From Spirochaetaceae bacterium (GTDB lineage Bacteria > Spirochaetota > Spirochaetia > DSM-2461): 64,000 nucleotides of DNA. The position numbers and the translations under genes were made by a program. Where the stretch lies: NCBI GenBank assembly GCA_965224705.1, contig OZ245056.1:529736-593735 (forward strand), written 5' to 3'. Under the pieces are notes generated by a model that saw nothing but the letters and a program-made list of their open reading frames with translations, was not told where the DNA came from and made no database searches. This document shows positions 60,789 through 64,000 of the stretch, piece by piece (within the stretch, counting starts at the first letter, position 1; each line of letters begins with the position of its first letter).

Positions 60789-63719
60789 GGGGATTTCCAG
60801 GGTGATTTTTGATTCGTTTAATGCCTGATTGACCTTACTGGCTTCCTGTAAATCCTCATCTCCAGCAATAACCGAAATTGAACGGCTGCCCCACGAATCA
60901 AGGAGGGCTTCTGCGGCTTTTCTCACATCCTCTGCCGTTGCGTTTAATTGTGTATCTCTGTTCAACTGCCTCAATTCATCCGTTATGCCATAGAGTTTAC
61001 GCTTAAAGGCTATCACCCCCCTCTCTTTTGGCTTAAAAGGTTTAAGTTCCCGGCCTGTTGAACCAATTATTGCCATTTTTACTGTATCATCGTCGAGGTT
61101 CCCGGCCGCCCATTCCAATGATTCACGGAAGGCTGTGAGACTGGGTATAATAAGGGGATCCCTGTAAGTTGAAAAAGTAAAGGTTCCTTCAAGTCCCGAT
61201 ACAGAAGCAGAAGTGCCATAGGCCCCGCCCTTCATCCGTATATTCTCCCAGAGGTAGCCAGTCTTTAAAACATGAGCCAGGAGAACGGCCATGGCATGTT
61301 CTGGAGATCCAGTGCGGGGAGCTGGCAGGCTCAGGGCTGAATAAGAAACTGCCGAGCTGGTTGATATCGATTCGGCAACAGTTTCATGGCGAAAAAGTGG
61401 CGGCATTCTGGAAGGTGCGAGTGATCCAACAGGCAGGGAGGATACTCTTTCCAATGTCCTGTTAAGAATTGTTGAATCGGCGTCAAAATCAGATGTAACA
61501 GCGAGGGAAAGATTGGTCTGCTGCAGGATGGATTCCCTAATCCTCTTCAAGGCCCTGGAAGCAATACTGGCTCGCTCCTTATTCTGAGCGATTGATTGAA
61601 GAAACTGATATTGACTGATGCCATACCATAAATCCTCCCATGAAGAGCTTATTGAATGCTTTGCACTTGCCCGCATTGACGCAAATGCATTGCCAGAGGG
61701 AATGATGGCAGAGCGATAATCATTACGGAGTTCTATTAACAGATCATCAACTCTCTTCAAATTATCAAAATCTGCAGAATGAAGGATTTCCATCGTGATA
61801 CCAAGGGCTTCATCCCACTGGCTGGAAAGGGCTTTCAGATGAAGAAACAATCGGAGGCTGATCCTGTTTCCGTTACTCTTGTGGATTGGTGAGGCCTCCA
61901 GCGAGCAATTCAGACCACCGATCCGCATTGCCAGTATGCGTGACACTTCGTTGTGCGGTAAACCCGGCAACCCTACATCAGTCAGAGCAAACCCGAATAA
62001 AGGCATCCAGGTTTGCAGTTCCGGGCTCAGGCCCTCAAGGTCAAAGGCCATTTCCAGGTAGGAAATACCACTGGTCAGAGTTTCATGACTGTACCAATCT
62101 ATCAAATCGTGTGTTCCAGATTCTAAAGGGATTTCAGCCACTTTTTTGGGGAGGTCTTCCGGAGAAAGAAAAGGGATTCGAGCAAGATCTTCAGGTTTGT
62201 CCGGAGTTTCCTGAAAAGATTTCAGGTTCTCACTGGATAGTTCCAGGGTCTTTAGATCTTCGGGGCTGAGTTTTCCATATACCTCTCTCAAGTGGATTCT
62301 ATCTTCCTCTTCACGGCGTTCATTCAAACCTGGAGATGGGCTGAGCACAACCGTTGTACGATGCGAGTTATCGATAAGAGATTTTCTTATCAATTCTTCA
62401 AAATAGCTTTTTCCCTGATTTTCCCGGAGATTCTTCATTGGCCGCTCAAAGGACATGCTTTCCCCAGGAGGCTTATCATGCAGCCAGCCTCTGACAGCCC
62501 GCTGCATTAAGCGAAGTCCGAAGGGCATACTGCCGCTGATTTCCCGAAAACGGAATTCGACGCTCCTCAAAGCTCCTTCGACAAGATCATCATCCAGTTT
62601 ACGAGAAGATTTCTCCAGGGAATCAAAGATGACTTTCTCTATCTCGACATCCTTTCCCGGATCGGTTCCCCTGAGAGCAACTGTGAAAATCATCTGTCGA
62701 AGACTGGTATCTAAACCGCTGATGGGAGAAAGATCTTCTCCCAGGGCACTGTCAATCAGGGCCTGTTGTAGAGGAGAACCGCTGTGACCCAGCAGGATAT
62801 ACGATAGAACCTGTGCGTCAAGAAACTGTTTCAAATCTGTCGTATCACCCCAGAGCCAATTCTGGCTGACTATGGATTTACCCTGAACTCTCTCATCGGG
62901 ACTACAGGGCCAATACCCGGTCATACGCTTCGGTTCAGGCCAGGGACTCTGCATGGAGATCTGTGATGCAATCTTCCGGTACTGGAATTTACTGAGGTAT
63001 TCGGAGTCCAATACGGTCAACACCTCTTCCAGATTGTGATTTCCATATAGAAATATTCGTGAATTTGAGGGTTGGTAATAAGTTTCATGGAAGTTAATAA
63101 AGCTTTCATAAGTGAGTTCAGGGATGTGTTTCGGAGCACCGCCGGAATCCCATCTATAAGGTGTATCAGGAAGAATCGACCTCACAGTTAAATCCTCCGC
63201 TACAGATTCAGGAGATGAGTAGCTGCCCTTCATTTCATTAAGAACAATGCCGGAACGTACCAACCAGCCATTTTTTTCAATTTCCAGTCTATGCCCCTCC
63301 TGCTCAAAGGCTTCCTTTTTAAGATTTGGAAAGAAAACAGCATCTCCATAGACACGTAAGAGATTGAAAAAATCAGCCTTGACAGTACTTGATGCGGGGT
63401 AAACCGTTTTATCCGGGTAAGTCATGGCATTGAGGAATGTGTGAGTACTGCCCTTGAGAAGAACCAGGAAGGGATCCTTTAGGGGGTATCGCTGCGATCC
63501 GCATAGAACGGCATGCTCCATTATATGAGGGACACCTGTATGGTCAAAAGGTGGAGTGCGGAAGATGAATGCGAAAAGATTTTCTTCATCGTCGACGTTG
63601 ACTTTGTATATTTCCGCACCTGTCTGGATATGCCGGAGATGAATACCGTCAGCCTGATATTCGGCGAGTGAATCTATGGAAATAGTTTCAAATCCCGGGA
63701 AACTGAAGTCTTTTTTCAT
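60777..63719 (-). CDS. M16C insulinase-family metallopeptidase (PreP-like)
   Basis: 980 aa with the inverted zinc motif HIMEH and a downstream E. The four-domain length is typical of presequence-protease-like enzymes. Confidence 0.9.
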   Translation of the reverse strand: MKKDFSFPGFETISIDSLAEYQADGIHLRHIQTGAEIYKVNVDDEENLFAFIFRTPPFDHTGVPHIMEHAVLCGSQRYPLKDPFLVLLKGSTHTFLNAMTYPDKTVYPASSTVKADFFNLLRVYGDAVFFPNLKKEAFEQEGHRLEIEKNGWLVRSGIVLNEMKGSYSSPESVAEDLTVRSILPDTPYRWDSGGAPKHIPELTYESFINFHETYYQPSNSRIFLYGNHNLEEVLTVLDSEYLSKFQYRKIASQISMQSPWPEPKRMTGYWPCSPDERVQGKSIVSQNWLWGDTTDLKQFLDAQVLSYILLGHSGSPLQQALIDSALGEDLSPISGLDTSLRQMIFTVALRGTDPGKDVEIEKVIFDSLEKSSRKLDDDLVEGALRSVEFRFREISGSMPFGLRLMQRAVRGWLHDKPPGESMSFERPMKNLRENQGKSYFEELIRKSLIDNSHRTTVVLSPSPGLNERREEEDRIHLREVYGKLSPEDLKTLELSSENLKSFQETPDKPEDLARIPFLSPEDLPKKVAEIPLESGTHDLIDWYSHETLTSGISYLEMAFDLEGLSPELQTWMPLFGFALTDVGLPGLPHNEVSRILAMRIGGLNCSLEASPIHKSNGNRISLRLFLHLKALSSQWDEALGITMEILHSADFDNLKRVDDLLIELRNDYRSAIIPSGNAFASMRASAKHSISSSWEDLWYGISQYQFLQSIAQNKERASIASRALKRIRESILQQTNLSLAVTSDFDADSTILNRTLERVSSLPVGSLAPSRMPPLFRHETVAESISTSSAVSYSALSLPAPRTGSPEHAMAVLLAHVLKTGYLWENIRMKGGAYGTSASVSGLEGTFTFSTYRDPLIIPSLTAFRESLEWAAGNLDDDTVKMAIIGSTGRELKPFKPKERGVIAFKRKLYGITDELRQLNRDTQLNATAEDVRKAAEALLDSWGSRSISVIAGDEDLQEASKVNQALNESKITLEIPLPS

Positions 63720-63999
63720 AGCGTATCCTTGATGATCGGACCTCTCCAGTGATGATAAGCACCGTAGTATGTTACATTATAATATCCATTTTCTCCCAGT
63801 TGTTTCGCAGATCTCTGCACTGTTCGCTGATTTGGACCAAATACAAAGATTTTTTCAAACAGGTTTTCGGCCGGAAAGAATCTCTGAGGAAGTGGGTAGG
63901 GATTGTTTAAGGAAGCTGGAACATGTTCAGTTTTGAAGTCAATTGGATCCCGGACATCAATAATTGTAAATTGATATTCGTTCTTTTCAAGAAGTCTTA
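63716..63999 (-). CDS. Rhodanese-like domain protein, 5' end outside the window
   Basis: The reverse-strand frame is open to the window edge: ...LLEKNEYQFTIIDVRDPIDFKTEHVPASLNNPYP...IFVFGPNQRTVQRSAKQLGENGYYNVTYYGAYHHW. The active-site Cys position reads FG, so it is likely catalytically inactive. Its stop overlaps the M16 start (ATGA). Confidence 0.55.
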   Translation of the reverse strand, partial: RLLEKNEYQFTIIDVRDPIDFKTEHVPASLNNPYPLPQRFFPAENLFEKIFVFGPNQRTVQRSAKQLGENGYYNVTYYGAYHHWRGPIIKDTL

Positions 64000-64000
64000 T

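Overview
This is a 64-kb bacterial chromosomal window. There is no rRNA, so I cannot assign a taxon. All calls come from reading the ORF translations and raw sequence by eye. No searches were run, element ends are accurate to a few bp, and identity values are visual estimates.

(1) 1-9.5 kb: an edge-truncated caspase-like gene, a secreted ankyrin protein, mnmA and a SixA-like phosphatase. There is also a decayed segmental duplication (an Rpn-family nuclease gene plus an LPP20-like lipoprotein gene) peppered with a structured MITE and solo IS ends.

(2) About 9.6-38.6 kb: a defence island with three modules.
- (a) A complete FnCas9-like type II-B CRISPR-Cas module. cas9-cas1-cas2-cas4 lie on the minus strand; a predicted tracrRNA and a 12-repeat array lie on the plus strand. 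Two defective IS elements have hit the array.
- (b) A 1583-aa TIR-NACHT-WD40 STAND/NLR-like protein with 14 near-identical WD40 units.
- (c) A co-directional block: HTH / SNF2 helicase / DUF4391 / [GxxExxY cassette] / Type III Mod / AlbA_2-HATPase / [iteron-bearing spacer] / Type III Res. I cannot place it in any named system. It is my best candidate for an undescribed multi-component defence system.

(3) 38.7-64 kb: mostly ordinary genes.
- A KdgT-DUF1537-PdxA2 acid-sugar cluster.
- An alr/AGCS/ald/lrp alanine module.
- A metal ABC transporter, rlmH, hexokinase, tRNA-Pro(UGG) and an M16 peptidase.
- Two notable extras: an orphan N6-adenine methyltransferase and a 61-aa bacterial histone-fold protein.
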